Positions 44,463-53,871 of a stretch of 64,000 bases of DNA are shown in pieces. Below the pieces are notes generated by a model. The model saw only the letters and a program-made list of their open reading frames with translations. It did not search any database and had not been told where the DNA came from. The translations under genes were made by a program, and so were the position numbers. The stretch's first letter is position 1, and every line of letters begins with the position of its first letter. This DNA comes from Desulfomicrobium sp. (GTDB lineage Bacteria > Desulfobacterota > Desulfovibrionia > Desulfovibrionales > Desulfomicrobiaceae). The DNA lies in contig JAXGMI010000001.1 of the NCBI GenBank assembly GCA_040768745.1, positions 1,024,001 to 1,088,000 of the forward strand, in the 5' to 3' direction.

Positions 44463-44957
44463 ATGCCCAAGGCGACCATGATCAGTTTCCGGACCACCGA
44501 GGTGCTCGGCGCCTCCCTGCAACGAATTGCCAGGGAGAGAAAGACCACCCTCTCCGGGTTTATCGATGGGATTTTGCAGGAATATCTGGCCTCCCAGGCA
44601 TGCCAGGATATCCTGCTGCGGGACAGACGCCAGTGCCAACGCCAGCAGGAATCCATCCCGGCCATCATCAGGGGCCGGAACGGGGCAGGGGAATTTGTGG
44701 CGGCCAGCAGGATCAACGACCTCTCCCTGGGGGGCATCGGCCTTGCTGTTTCCAGGCGTACCGCGGGGGTAGGGGCAGCCGGTGGCATGCCGGTCCATTT
44801 CGATGTGATTTTTCCCCTGCCCAGGGCGGAAAGACCCGTCTCCATCCAATGCCAGGCCATGCACGTGCACCATGCGGGGGACATGATCCAGATCGGGGCG
44901 TCTTTTGACGATGCCGATCCGGACAGCTACCAAGCCCTGCGCGGCTATCTCACCTAG
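44463..44957 (+). CDS. PilZ-domain protein with N-terminal ribbon-helix-helix-like domain
   Basis: ISFR..helix..LSGFI..ILQEYL N-terminus; RRQCQR (RxxxR) and DLSLGG (DxSxxG); GGAGGA RBS. Confidence 0.8.
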   Translation: MPKATMISFRTTEVLGASLQRIARERKTTLSGFIDGILQEYLASQACQDILLRDRRQCQRQQESIPAIIRGRNGAGEFVAASRINDLSLGGIGLAVSRRTAGVGAAGGMPVHFDVIFPLPRAERPVSIQCQAMHVHHAGDMIQIGASFDDADPDSYQALRGYLT

Positions 44958-44981
44958 GTTCTGGCACGGGCCTGGCCGAGG

Positions 44982-45506
44982 TCACCTGCGGAGCCATTGG
45001 CGCAGCCGCTGGGTCTCTTCCGGCCAGTCGGCCCCGAAGCGGATCTCCAGAAACCGGGCGAACACGCTGTCCACATATCCCGTGCATTTCTCCATGAGAT
45101 AGATCTTCTCCAAAATGCGGGCATCCGGGTCCTCGCCCTCTTCCAGGGTCATGCTCACTTTCGGGGTTTTCAGGCCCTGCAGGGTGAAGGAGGCCGCGTC
45201 CACCAGGACCTGCCAGCTGACCTCGTCCTTTTCCACCCGCAGCTTGGCCTTGTTGACCTTCTTGCCCGTGACCAGGCCCATCCTGGCCTCCCGCAGCTCG
45301 GCCATGGGGCCGCTGCACACGGCCGTCTCCCTGGCCTCGCCCTCGCCTCCCTGCACGGACACCTTCTGTTCCACGGTCACGGAAAAGACCTCGCCGTCCC
45401 TGGCCGTGAAGAGGCCATGGCTGGTTTCGCTGGCAAACCACAGCCAGGTCAGGAATTCCTGGCCCAGAGCCAAGCTCACTGTCTGTGCGCGTTCCAGATC
45501 CATCAC
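44982..45506 (-). CDS. RdgC C-terminal-like protein
   Basis: GQEFLTWLW and GKKVNK motifs; coupled to the upstream rdgC-like gene. Confidence 0.65.
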   Translation of the reverse strand: MMDLERAQTVSLALGQEFLTWLWFASETSHGLFTARDGEVFSVTVEQKVSVQGGEGEARETAVCSGPMAELREARMGLVTGKKVNKAKLRVEKDEVSWQVLVDAASFTLQGLKTPKVSMTLEEGEDPDARILEKIYLMEKCTGYVDSVFARFLEIRFGADWPEETQRLRQWLRR

Positions 45507-46132
45507 TGTCCTCCCATGGCGAAAATTGTCGGTTCGAAGTTGTCCACCTCGGACTGACGCCCAGGTCCAAGATGCTGCAGGGCCAGAAAATAGGGGGTCA
45601 GGGGTTCCAGGTGCAGCCCGAAGGTGTGGGTGAAGAGCTCCTCGAAGAGCTCGGTCAGTTTGGGCTGGACCGAGGCGATGCAGACGGTCTGCCGATGGGT
45701 GTCCCAGACCACGTCGAAGCAGGCCGGGACGGGCAAGGTCCTGGCCCGCAGGCGCAGTTCCACCTGCTCCCGGATTTCGGCCTTTTGCTCCTTGGTCAGG
45801 AATTTCCTGCCCTGTTCACGCATGGTCCGCATGGCCTCGTTCATGGCGATGGCCACGTGTTTTTTCATCACCGCCGGAGACACGCGGCGGGTGTCCAGGC
45901 GCAGGGTGAAGGCCAGATAGCCGCCTTTTTCGGGCGGGCAGAGGGCGAAGTCCGGATCCAGCATGTTGGCGAAGGACACCCACCCGAAGCTGCGTTCCTC
46001 CACACTGGCGTCGATGTCCCTGAACGCGTTCCGTTTGAGGCGTTCCCCGACCTCGGCCCACAGGGAGGACGGGATGTCCTCCTCGACGATACGGTAGCGG
46101 GTCAGAGCCACGCTTGCAGACATGAATCCCAA
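45503..46132 (-). CDS. rdgC: Recombination-associated protein RdgC (N-terminal part)
   Basis: ERSFGWV, LRLDTRRVSPAV, KEQKAEIREQV..L, F..TF.L. Confidence 0.75.
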   Translation of the reverse strand: MGFMSASVALTRYRIVEEDIPSSLWAEVGERLKRNAFRDIDASVEERSFGWVSFANMLDPDFALCPPEKGGYLAFTLRLDTRRVSPAVMKKHVAIAMNEAMRTMREQGRKFLTKEQKAEIREQVELRLRARTLPVPACFDVVWDTHRQTVCIASVQPKLTELFEELFTHTFGLHLEPLTPYFLALQHLGPGRQSEVDNFEPTIFAMGGQ

Positions 46133-46233
46133 TGTAGCCTCCTTCGCCGTGCGCGGAATCCCGCTTTGACGGCGTCATGCGTTCACTGATATGTGGTCAA
46201 GTTCCCTATTCCGTGCACTCTCTGGAGAATCCG

Positions 46234-48345
46234 ATGACCAAAGCCCTGTGTATCCATGGCCATTTTTACCAGCCCCCCCGCTTCGACCCGTGGCTGGAGG
46301 AGGTTCTGCCCGAGGGCAGCGCCGCTCCCGCGCACGACTGGAACGCCCGCATCACCCGGGAGTGCTACGCGCCCCTGGCCTATGCCCGGCGCCTCGACGG
46401 CGCGGGCATGATCAGCGAGCTGGTCAACTGCTACGCATGGATGAGCTTCAATTTCGGCCCCACTCTGCTGCGCTGGATGGAGCTGCACGCCCCCGGCGCC
46501 TATGCGCGCATCCTGGAGGCGGACAGGCAGAGCCTCAGGCGCCTGGGACACGGCAATGCCCTGGCCCAGGTCTACCACCACCCCATCATGCCCCTGGCCA
46601 CGGACTTGGACAAGGATCTGGAAATCGGCTGGGCGGTCCAGGATTTCGAATCCCGGTTCGGACGCAAACCCGAAGGGATGTGGCTGGCGGAAACCGCGGT
46701 GGATGGAGCGACCCTGGCCGCCCTGGCCCGGGCCGGCATCCGGTTCACGGTCCTGGCCCCTCGGCAGGCCAAGGCTGTGCGCCCGGTGGGGAGCGGCGAA
46801 TTCAGTCCCGTGACCGAAGACACCCTCGACACCACGCGGCCCTATCTGGTTCCCCTGCCTCAAGGCAAGTCCATGACCGTGTTTTTCTACCATGGGTCCA
46901 TCTCCCGGGCTGTGGCCTTCGAGCGCCTGCTGGAGAACGGGGAGCAGTTCTGGGCCAGGCTGAGCGGTCCCTTTCCTGGCGGGCTGCGGCACATCGCCAC
47001 GGACGGGGAGTCCTACGGCCACCATTTCCTGTTCGGAGAGATGGCCCTGGCCTATGTCATCGAGCAGGCCCGGGAAGGCCGTGACGGGATGATCCTGACC
47101 AACTACGGCGCATACCTGCAGGCCAATCCCGCCAGGGACGAGGCGCAGATCCATGAGAATTCTTCCTGGAGCTGCGCCCACGGCCTGGAACGCTGGAAAA
47201 CCCACTGCGGCTGCTCCAACGGCAGTCATCCGGACTGGATGCAGGACTGGCGGAGACCTCTGCGCCGCAGCCTGAACTACCTGAAGTACTACGTGGACGA
47301 GCATTTCTTCAAACGCGGATCCACCCTCTTTCACACGCCCGGCCTGGCCCTGGCAGAGTACGGCCTGACCCTGGCGGGAGCCGAGACCCTGGATGGGTTC
47401 CTAGACAGACATGCCCTCCCTGGGTTGATCCCGAACCAACGCCAGGATGCCTGCCGCCTCCTGCTCATGCAACAGCTGGCCCTGGCCAGCTTTGCCAGCT
47501 GTGCGTGGTTCTTCGACGACATCGCGCGCATCGAGCCCCTGAACGGGTTGATCTTCGCCCGCCGGGCCCTGGATCTGCTCGTGGCCACGGGCGGCGCGGA
47601 CGTGGAGGCCGGATTCGTGCGCATCCTCTCGGAAGCCCAGTCCAACATGCGGGAGGAATGGGACGGGGCCGCCCTGTGGCGGGATGTGGTCACGCCCAGG
47701 CGGCCCAGACTCGCGGACCTCGCCGCCTATGTGCTGGGTCCGGACGCAGCGCCGCGCGGCGAGCGCCACTGGCCCGGCCTTTTCCTGGCCACGGACGGCC
47801 GCGAACTGGTGGGTCGCTGGCACCGGACCATGGACGAGGAGCGCTGCCCGGTCCCGGCGCAGACCTCTCCCTGTGCAGGCCATCTGGCCGAGATGGCCCT
47901 GGCCCGTTCCCGCAGGCAGGAGGACGCCCTGCTGGCCGCGTCCTGCGAGGCGGCAGAGGACCTGCTCCCCCTTCTGGGCGACTTCACGGAAGGGCAAACC
48001 CAGCCCCAGGCGTTTCTGGGCCTGCACATGCCAGGGCTGGTCTGGAACTGGCTGACGGTCAAAAGGACCCTGCCCCGGGACATGCTGGGGTTCATTCCGG
48101 TCTGGCTCGGCCGCAACCCGGACATCCGCGCCCTGCTGGAACGGCGCCTGGAGGACCACGGGCTCGAGCTGGCCAGGAGACTGCCCGCCACGGAAAAAGA
48201 CCTCATCGACCTGATCGGCAATGCCCGAAAGCTGGGGCTGGGGATTCCCTGGTGGGAAATCCAGAACATGGTCATGGAAATGCCGGGCCGATCCAGGCAC
48301 GAGGAACTCTGCCAGCTGCTGGGCTTGGCAACGAACGGCTGCTAG
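46234..48345 (+). CDS. GH57-family glycoside hydrolase (DUF3536)
   Basis: HGHFYQPPR, SFNFGPTL, GMWLAETA, TDGESYGHH, SCAWFFDD. Confidence 0.85.
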   Translation: MTKALCIHGHFYQPPRFDPWLEEVLPEGSAAPAHDWNARITRECYAPLAYARRLDGAGMISELVNCYAWMSFNFGPTLLRWMELHAPGAYARILEADRQSLRRLGHGNALAQVYHHPIMPLATDLDKDLEIGWAVQDFESRFGRKPEGMWLAETAVDGATLAALARAGIRFTVLAPRQAKAVRPVGSGEFSPVTEDTLDTTRPYLVPLPQGKSMTVFFYHGSISRAVAFERLLENGEQFWARLSGPFPGGLRHIATDGESYGHHFLFGEMALAYVIEQAREGRDGMILTNYGAYLQANPARDEAQIHENSSWSCAHGLERWKTHCGCSNGSHPDWMQDWRRPLRRSLNYLKYYVDEHFFKRGSTLFHTPGLALAEYGLTLAGAETLDGFLDRHALPGLIPNQRQDACRLLLMQQLALASFASCAWFFDDIARIEPLNGLIFARRALDLLVATGGADVEAGFVRILSEAQSNMREEWDGAALWRDVVTPRRPRLADLAAYVLGPDAAPRGERHWPGLFLATDGRELVGRWHRTMDEERCPVPAQTSPCAGHLAEMALARSRRQEDALLAASCEAAEDLLPLLGDFTEGQTQPQAFLGLHMPGLVWNWLTVKRTLPRDMLGFIPVWLGRNPDIRALLERRLEDHGLELARRLPATEKDLIDLIGNARKLGLGIPWWEIQNMVMEMPGRSRHEELCQLLGLATNGC

Positions 48346-49655
48346 GGCCGGAGGAACGGCTGTTCGCGCAGCCAGCGCGCCCATGCCTGGCGGGCCCGCT
48401 GGGCATGGAGTTCCTTGCGCTTCTTTTTGGGCGCTTTTTGGCCCAGGGCGGGCATGAGCCCGAAGTGGACGTTGGAGGGCTGGAAGTGTCTGGCCGGGGT
48501 GCGCAGGTGCCCCAGCAGGGCGCCCAGGGCCGTCTCCAGGGGCGGCAGTCCCAGCTTCCCGGCCAGGTGCAGGCCCAGCCACAGTCCGGTGGCCGCGGAT
48601 TCCAGATAGCCCTCCACCCCGCTGATCTGGCCGGCCAGGAAAGTCCCGGGCCGGTTTCTCAGCTCCAGTTCCGGGGTCAGGGCTTCCGGAGCCAGGACAT
48701 AGGTGTTGCGGTGGATGCTGCCCAGGCGCAGGAACTCGGCCTGGCCCAGGCCGGGGATGGTGGCGAAGATGCGCTTCTGCTCCCCGTACTTGAGCTTGGT
48801 CTGGAACCCGACCATGTTCATGGCTGTCTTTTCCCTGTTTTCGGCCCGCAGCTGGACCACGGCAAAGGGTTGCCTGCCGGTGCGCGGGTCGGTCAGGCCC
48901 ACGGGCTTCAGGGGGCCGAAGGCCAGGGTCATCTCGCCACGCTCGGCCATGACCTCGATGGGCAGGCAGCCCTCGAAGTGGATCTCCTGTTCGAACTCCC
49001 GGGGCGCGACCTTCTCCCCGGCCACCAGCGCCCGCACGAAGGAGAGATACTCCTCCTCGGTCATGGGGCAGTTCAGGTAGTCCCTGTCCTCGGGTGCGTA
49101 GCGGGAGGCCCAGAAGGCCACGTTCATGTCCACGGACTCGGTCAGCACGATGGGCGCGATGGCGTCGTAGAAGGCCAGGGAATCGCGGCCGACGATGCGG
49201 GCCAGGTCGGCGGACAGCTCGTCGCTGGCCAGGGGCCCGGCCGCAACGATCAGTGCGGTATGCCCTTCCCCGTCCAGTTCGGCCAGGGAGCGGACCTCCC
49301 GGCGGACCAGGGTGATGTGCGGATGGCCGAGGATGCGCCGGGTCACCTCCCGCGAAAAGAGCTCCCGGTCCACGGCCAGGGCCTTGCCGGCCGGGACTGC
49401 CGTGGCCTGGGCCACGTCCATGACCAGGCTGCCCAGCTCGGCCATTTCCAGTTTGAGCAGGCCGATGCCGGTCTCGGTCTCGGCCGAGCGGAAGGAGTTG
49501 GAGCAGACCAGTTCGGCCAAACCTTCGCTGCCGTGGGCGGGGGAGAAGCGATGGGGTTTCATCTCGTAGAGCAGCACCTGGCGCCCGGCCTGGGCCAGCT
49601 GCCAGGCCGCCTCGCATCCGGCCAGTCCGGCTCCGACAATCCCGTAGGTGTTCAC
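48342..49655 (-). CDS. trmFO: Folate/FAD-dependent tRNA m5U54 methyltransferase
   Basis: GAGLAGCEAA, ELVCSNS, FYDAIAP, HRNT, AGQISGVEGY. Confidence 0.95.
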   Translation of the reverse strand: MNTYGIVGAGLAGCEAAWQLAQAGRQVLLYEMKPHRFSPAHGSEGLAELVCSNSFRSAETETGIGLLKLEMAELGSLVMDVAQATAVPAGKALAVDRELFSREVTRRILGHPHITLVRREVRSLAELDGEGHTALIVAAGPLASDELSADLARIVGRDSLAFYDAIAPIVLTESVDMNVAFWASRYAPEDRDYLNCPMTEEEYLSFVRALVAGEKVAPREFEQEIHFEGCLPIEVMAERGEMTLAFGPLKPVGLTDPRTGRQPFAVVQLRAENREKTAMNMVGFQTKLKYGEQKRIFATIPGLGQAEFLRLGSIHRNTYVLAPEALTPELELRNRPGTFLAGQISGVEGYLESAATGLWLGLHLAGKLGLPPLETALGALLGHLRTPARHFQPSNVHFGLMPALGQKAPKKKRKELHAQRARQAWARWLREQPFLRP

Positions 49656-49752
49656 GCTGTTCCCCCTTGGCGTTGGTGAAAGCCGGACTTGTGACCCAAG
49701 GCCGCGCCGGGGTCAACCGTTGTCCGCGCTGATGCGGAGGCTATCGAGGATG

Positions 49753-49787
49753 GCCGGACGGACAGGCGTGATGCCTGTCCGCCTGGC
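49753..49787 (-). terminator. Hairpin after the P-type ATPase stop
   Basis: gccggacggacaggc-gtgat-gcctgtccgcctggc. Confidence 0.45.
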
Positions 49788-49790
49788 TGT

Positions 49791-52490
49791 TCATGCCTTG
49801 ACCGGTCGGTTGCGGACCCACTTCTCGGCCTCGATGATGGCGAAGGCGACGACGGAGGCGCCGACGATCTTGAGCCAGGGCAGGAGGTCGATGGGCGCGC
49901 TGCCGAAGAGGGTGTTCATGAACGGCACGTAGGTGAAGGCGAGCTGCAGGGCAATCATGAGGAAGAAGCCGCCGACCACCCAGGGATTGGTCCAGAACCC
50001 CAGGGCAAAGGGAGAGCGGACGAAGGACCGGCTGTTGAAGAGGTAGAACGCCTCGACCATGACGAAGACGTTGACGGCCACGGTGCGGGCCTGTTCCTGG
50101 TGCCCGGTGGTCTGCAGCTCCCATTCGTAGAGCCCGAAGGCCGCCAGGAGCAGGATCCCGCCGACCAGGAGGATGCGGATGATGAGCTCCGTGTCCAGGA
50201 TGGGCATGGCCGGGTCGCGCGGTGGGCGGTCCATGAGTCCGGGCTCCTTGGGCTCGAAGGCGAGCATGAGGCCCAGGCAGCCGGCCGTGGTCATGTTGAT
50301 CCACAGGATCTGTACCGGCAGGATGGGCAGGGCCACGCCCAGCAGGACGGCCACGAGGATGACCAGGCCCTCGCCCACGTTGGTCGGCAGGGTCCAGACG
50401 ATGAACTTGAGCAGGTTGTCGTACACGCCGCGTCCTTCCTCCACGGCGGCCTCGATGGTGGCGAAGTTGTCGTCGGTCAGGATCATGTCCGCGGCCTCCT
50501 TGGCCGCCTCGGTCCCGCCCTTGCCCATGGCCACGCCGATGTCGGCCTGCTTCAGGGCCGGGGCGTCGTTGACCCCGTCGCCGGTCATGGCCACGATCTC
50601 CCCGCGGCTCTGCAGGGCCATGACCAGCCTGAGCTTCTGGTCCGGGGCGACCCGGGCGAAGACCGTCGTGTCCGCGGCCCTGCCCACCAGTTCCTCGTCG
50701 GACATGCGGGCCATGTCCGCGCCGGTCAGGACCTGGCAGGTCGGTCGGCCGGGGCAGGTCTCGATGCCCAGGCCGAGCTGCACGCCGATGGCCGCCGCGG
50801 TGACGGCATGGTCGCCGGTGATCATCTTGACCTCGACCCCGGCCCGGTGGAAGGCGTTCACGGCCTGGACGGCCTCGGGGCGCGGCGGGTCAATCATGCC
50901 GGCCAGGCCGATGAAGACCAGCCCCGACACGAGGTCCCCGTGGGTCAGGTGGGCCGTGCCGGCAGGCAACTCCTTGAAGGCCATGGCCAGGACGCGCATG
51001 CCGTCCAGACCCAGGCGCTCCACCTCGGAGCGGATGCCTTCGGGGTCGAGGGCCGCCACGTTGCCGTCGGGCATCAGTTCCAGGGATGACCGTTCCAGGA
51101 CCGCCTCGACGGATCCTTTGAAGAAGGCCAGGCGCGGGGCATTCTCGCCCTGATTGTGCAGGGTGACCATGTACTGGTGTTCGGATTCAAAGGGCAGGGT
51201 GTCGACTCTGGGCAGTCGCCGGGCCTCATCCTCCTGCACCAGCCCGCCCTTGGCCGCGGCCACCAGGAGCGCCGCCTCTGTCGGGTCGCCGACGACCTTT
51301 TCGCCGCCTTCGGCATATTCGATGCGGGTGTCGTTGCACAGCAGGCCCGCGAGCAGGGTGTTGCGCAGGGCCAGGTTCCCGTCCCCGCCCTCGATGCCGC
51401 CCTCGGGCCTGTACCCCGTGCCGCTGACCGCATGGGCCTTGCGGCCCGCGAAGATGCTCGTGACGGTCATCTGGTTCTCGGTCAGGGTCCCGGTCTTGTC
51501 CGAACAGATGACCGAGGCGCCGCCCAGGGTCTCCACGGCCGGAAGCTTGCGGATGATGGCCCCGCGCGCGGCCATGCGCGAGACGCCCATGGCCAGGATG
51601 ACGGTCACCGCGGCAGGCAGGCCCTCGGGGATGGCGCCCACGGCCAGGGCTACGGCGGCCATGAACATCTCGGCCGCCTTTTCCCCGCGCATGATTCCGG
51701 CCACGAAGGTCAGGGCGGCCAGGCCGAGGATGGCCCACAGCAGCAGATGGCTGAAACTGGCGATCTTGCGGGTCAGGGGAGTGGCCAGTTCGTCGGCTTC
51801 GGAAACCATGGCCGAGATGCGGCCGATCTCGGTGTCGTCGCCTGTGGCCACGACCACGCCTGTGGCCTGGCCGTAGGTGACCAGGGTGGAGGCGTAGGCC
51901 ATGTTGCGGCGGTCGGCCAGGACGGTGTCGTGAGCCAGGGGTTCCACGGCCTTGCCCACGGGCACGGACTCGCCGGTCAGGGCGGACTCGTCCACGCGCA
52001 GGTCCTTGATGGCGATCAGCCGCAGGTCGGCCGGGATCTTGTCCCCGGAACGCAGGACCACGATGTCCCCGGGCACGAGCTCCACCGCGGCGACCCGGCG
52101 GAGGGCCCCGCTGCGGATGACCACGGCCTCGGTGACCATGGCCTTGGCCAGGGCCTCCAGGGCGCCGGCGGCCTTGGCCTCCTGGATGTATCCGACGACC
52201 GCGTTGACCAGGACCACGCCGACGATGACTGCGGCGTCCACGACCTCGCCCAGCGTGGCGGTGATGATGCCGGCGGCGATGAGGATGTAGACCAGGGGTT
52301 GGTGGAACTGCAGGAGGAACCGCTCCAGTTTGGTCCTGCCCTTGGTGGCCGTCAGGGCGTTGGGGCCGAAATGTTCGGTCCGGCGCTTGATTTCGAAGGT
52401 GTCCAGGCCGTTGTCGGGGTGGACCTGCAGCAGTTCCACCGTTTCGGCGGTCGAGATGTGGTGCCACAGCTTTTCGGTGAAGAAATCCAT
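49791..52490 (-). CDS. P2-type cation-transporting ATPase (Ca2+/Na+-like)
   Basis: TGES, IPEGLP, DKTGT, DPPR, TGD, GDGVND. Confidence 0.9.
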   Translation of the reverse strand: MDFFTEKLWHHISTAETVELLQVHPDNGLDTFEIKRRTEHFGPNALTATKGRTKLERFLLQFHQPLVYILIAAGIITATLGEVVDAAVIVGVVLVNAVVGYIQEAKAAGALEALAKAMVTEAVVIRSGALRRVAAVELVPGDIVVLRSGDKIPADLRLIAIKDLRVDESALTGESVPVGKAVEPLAHDTVLADRRNMAYASTLVTYGQATGVVVATGDDTEIGRISAMVSEADELATPLTRKIASFSHLLLWAILGLAALTFVAGIMRGEKAAEMFMAAVALAVGAIPEGLPAAVTVILAMGVSRMAARGAIIRKLPAVETLGGASVICSDKTGTLTENQMTVTSIFAGRKAHAVSGTGYRPEGGIEGGDGNLALRNTLLAGLLCNDTRIEYAEGGEKVVGDPTEAALLVAAAKGGLVQEDEARRLPRVDTLPFESEHQYMVTLHNQGENAPRLAFFKGSVEAVLERSSLELMPDGNVAALDPEGIRSEVERLGLDGMRVLAMAFKELPAGTAHLTHGDLVSGLVFIGLAGMIDPPRPEAVQAVNAFHRAGVEVKMITGDHAVTAAAIGVQLGLGIETCPGRPTCQVLTGADMARMSDEELVGRAADTTVFARVAPDQKLRLVMALQSRGEIVAMTGDGVNDAPALKQADIGVAMGKGGTEAAKEAADMILTDDNFATIEAAVEEGRGVYDNLLKFIVWTLPTNVGEGLVILVAVLLGVALPILPVQILWINMTTAGCLGLMLAFEPKEPGLMDRPPRDPAMPILDTELIIRILLVGGILLLAAFGLYEWELQTTGHQEQARTVAVNVFVMVEAFYLFNSRSFVRSPFALGFWTNPWVVGGFFLMIALQLAFTYVPFMNTLFGSAPIDLLPWLKIVGASVVAFAIIEAEKWVRNRPVKA

Positions 52491-52549
52491 ATCGTCAGCT
52501 CCTTGGTTCCCGTTGAGTGCCCGTCCGATGAGGCAGTCCGGGATTTTGC

Positions 52550-52578
52550 TTTATACCGCAGGAATGGGAAAATCTCAA
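52550..52578 (-). promoter_or_regulatory. Putative sigma70 promoter of the P-type ATPase
   Basis: Minus strand TTGAGA-N17-TATAAA. Confidence 0.6.
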
Positions 52579-52597
52579 GGCGGAGGCGCTTTCCACT

Positions 52598-52645
52598 CCG
52601 GTCTGCGCCGAATCTTTCGTTGAAGGCCGTCCGGTTGGGCCGTAT
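52598..52645 (+). ncRNA. Candidate cis-regulatory RNA (possibly nhaA-I / Li+ riboswitch-like)
   Basis: Structured leader ending AGG-N6-GGTTGGGCCG ~45 nt upstream of the nhaA-like gene; similarity judged from memory only. Confidence 0.3.
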
Positions 52646-52686
52646 GATCCCATGGACCCCAGCACCCTGAGACGAGGACAGGATAT

Positions 52687-53856
52687 ATGCATTCCAAGGC
52701 ATTCAAAGATGTTGTGCATGTGCAGGCCCTATCAGGCACAGGGATCGCCATGGCCCTGGTGCTGGCCCAGATTGTGGCCAACACGGAGCTCCACAATCTG
52801 TTCGCCCCCCTCCGGGGCGGCCTGACCCTGACCATGGGGGACGCGGCCCTGACCATGCCTGCCGGGCAGTGGATCAGCTCTGCCCTGCTGACCCTGGTCT
52901 TTCTCCTGGCGGGCTTGGAGTGCAAACGCGGTTTTCTGGACGGTGAGCTGGCAGGGCCCGACCGGCTCAGGCTCCCGGCCCTGGGTGCCCTTGGCGGGGT
53001 TACGGTCCCGGCCGTGATCCATGCCGGATTGAACTGGGCGGATCCGGCCTTGGCCGGGGCCTGGGCCATTCCGGCCGGCACGGACATGGCCCTGGGTCTG
53101 GGCTTCCTGGCCCTGTTCGGGGACAGGGCCCCCGGATCGATGAAGCTGCTGTATCTGACCACCGCCCTGTTCATGAACATTGCCACCCTGGTGTGCACGG
53201 CCGGTGTGCAGTTCTTGCACCTTCCCACGTCCACCCTGGTCGTGGCCGGAGGATGCCTGGCCCTGCTGGCAGGCATGAACTGGGCCAGGGTGGGTGCGTT
53301 TTCGCTGTACGCGGTGGTCGGCGGCGTGCTCTGGGGGGCGTTGGTCCCCCTGGGTGTCCCGGCCGCGCTGGCCGCGCTGGCCGTGGCCGCGTTCGTCCCC
53401 ATGTACGACGGGGAACGAACCTTGCTAGCGGAAATCGAACAGGATGTGCACCGGGCCGTGGGTTTTGTGGTCCTGCCGGTCCTGGCCTTCGTCAATGCCG
53501 GGGTCGCCCTGCACGAATTGCCGCCCCTGGTTTCGCACTGGTCCCTGGGTCTCGGGTTGGGGCTGTTTGTGGGCAAGCAGGCGGGTATTTTCGGCCTGTG
53601 CTGGCTGGGGACGCGGATGGGGTTCTGCGCCCTGCCTCCCGGGGTGAGCTGGCTGGAGATGTACGGAGTGGCCCTTCTGGGGGGCATCGGCGGGACCATG
53701 AGCCTTTCCTTCGGGGGGATGCTCGGTGCCGGTGCTGCGCCCCTGGCGTTGACCCGCGCAGCCGTTCTGCTGGGATCGATGGCCTCGGCCGTGGTGGGGT
53801 ATCTCGTGCTCCGCAGAGCCCTGTCCCAGCGCCGCAACAAGGCCCTGCGCCGATAG
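52687..53856 (+). CDS. nhaA: Divergent NhaA-family antiporter homolog lacking Asp163/Asp164
   Basis: GLECKR, WAIPAGTD, LPVLAFVNAG, GKQAGI, GIGGTMS are colinear with NhaA. Confidence 0.8.
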   Translation: MHSKAFKDVVHVQALSGTGIAMALVLAQIVANTELHNLFAPLRGGLTLTMGDAALTMPAGQWISSALLTLVFLLAGLECKRGFLDGELAGPDRLRLPALGALGGVTVPAVIHAGLNWADPALAGAWAIPAGTDMALGLGFLALFGDRAPGSMKLLYLTTALFMNIATLVCTAGVQFLHLPTSTLVVAGGCLALLAGMNWARVGAFSLYAVVGGVLWGALVPLGVPAALAALAVAAFVPMYDGERTLLAEIEQDVHRAVGFVVLPVLAFVNAGVALHELPPLVSHWSLGLGLGLFVGKQAGIFGLCWLGTRMGFCALPPGVSWLEMYGVALLGGIGGTMSLSFGGMLGAGAAPLALTRAAVLLGSMASAVVGYLVLRRALSQRRNKALRR

Positions 53857-53871
53857 GAAAAGGAGGTATGC

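Noticed and set aside
52505..52550. ccgatgag-containing stem resembling a hammerhead ribozyme core
   Set aside because: The core is CCGAUGA rather than CUGAUGA and there is no suitably placed GAAA; better explained as a 5' UTR hairpin of the ATPase.
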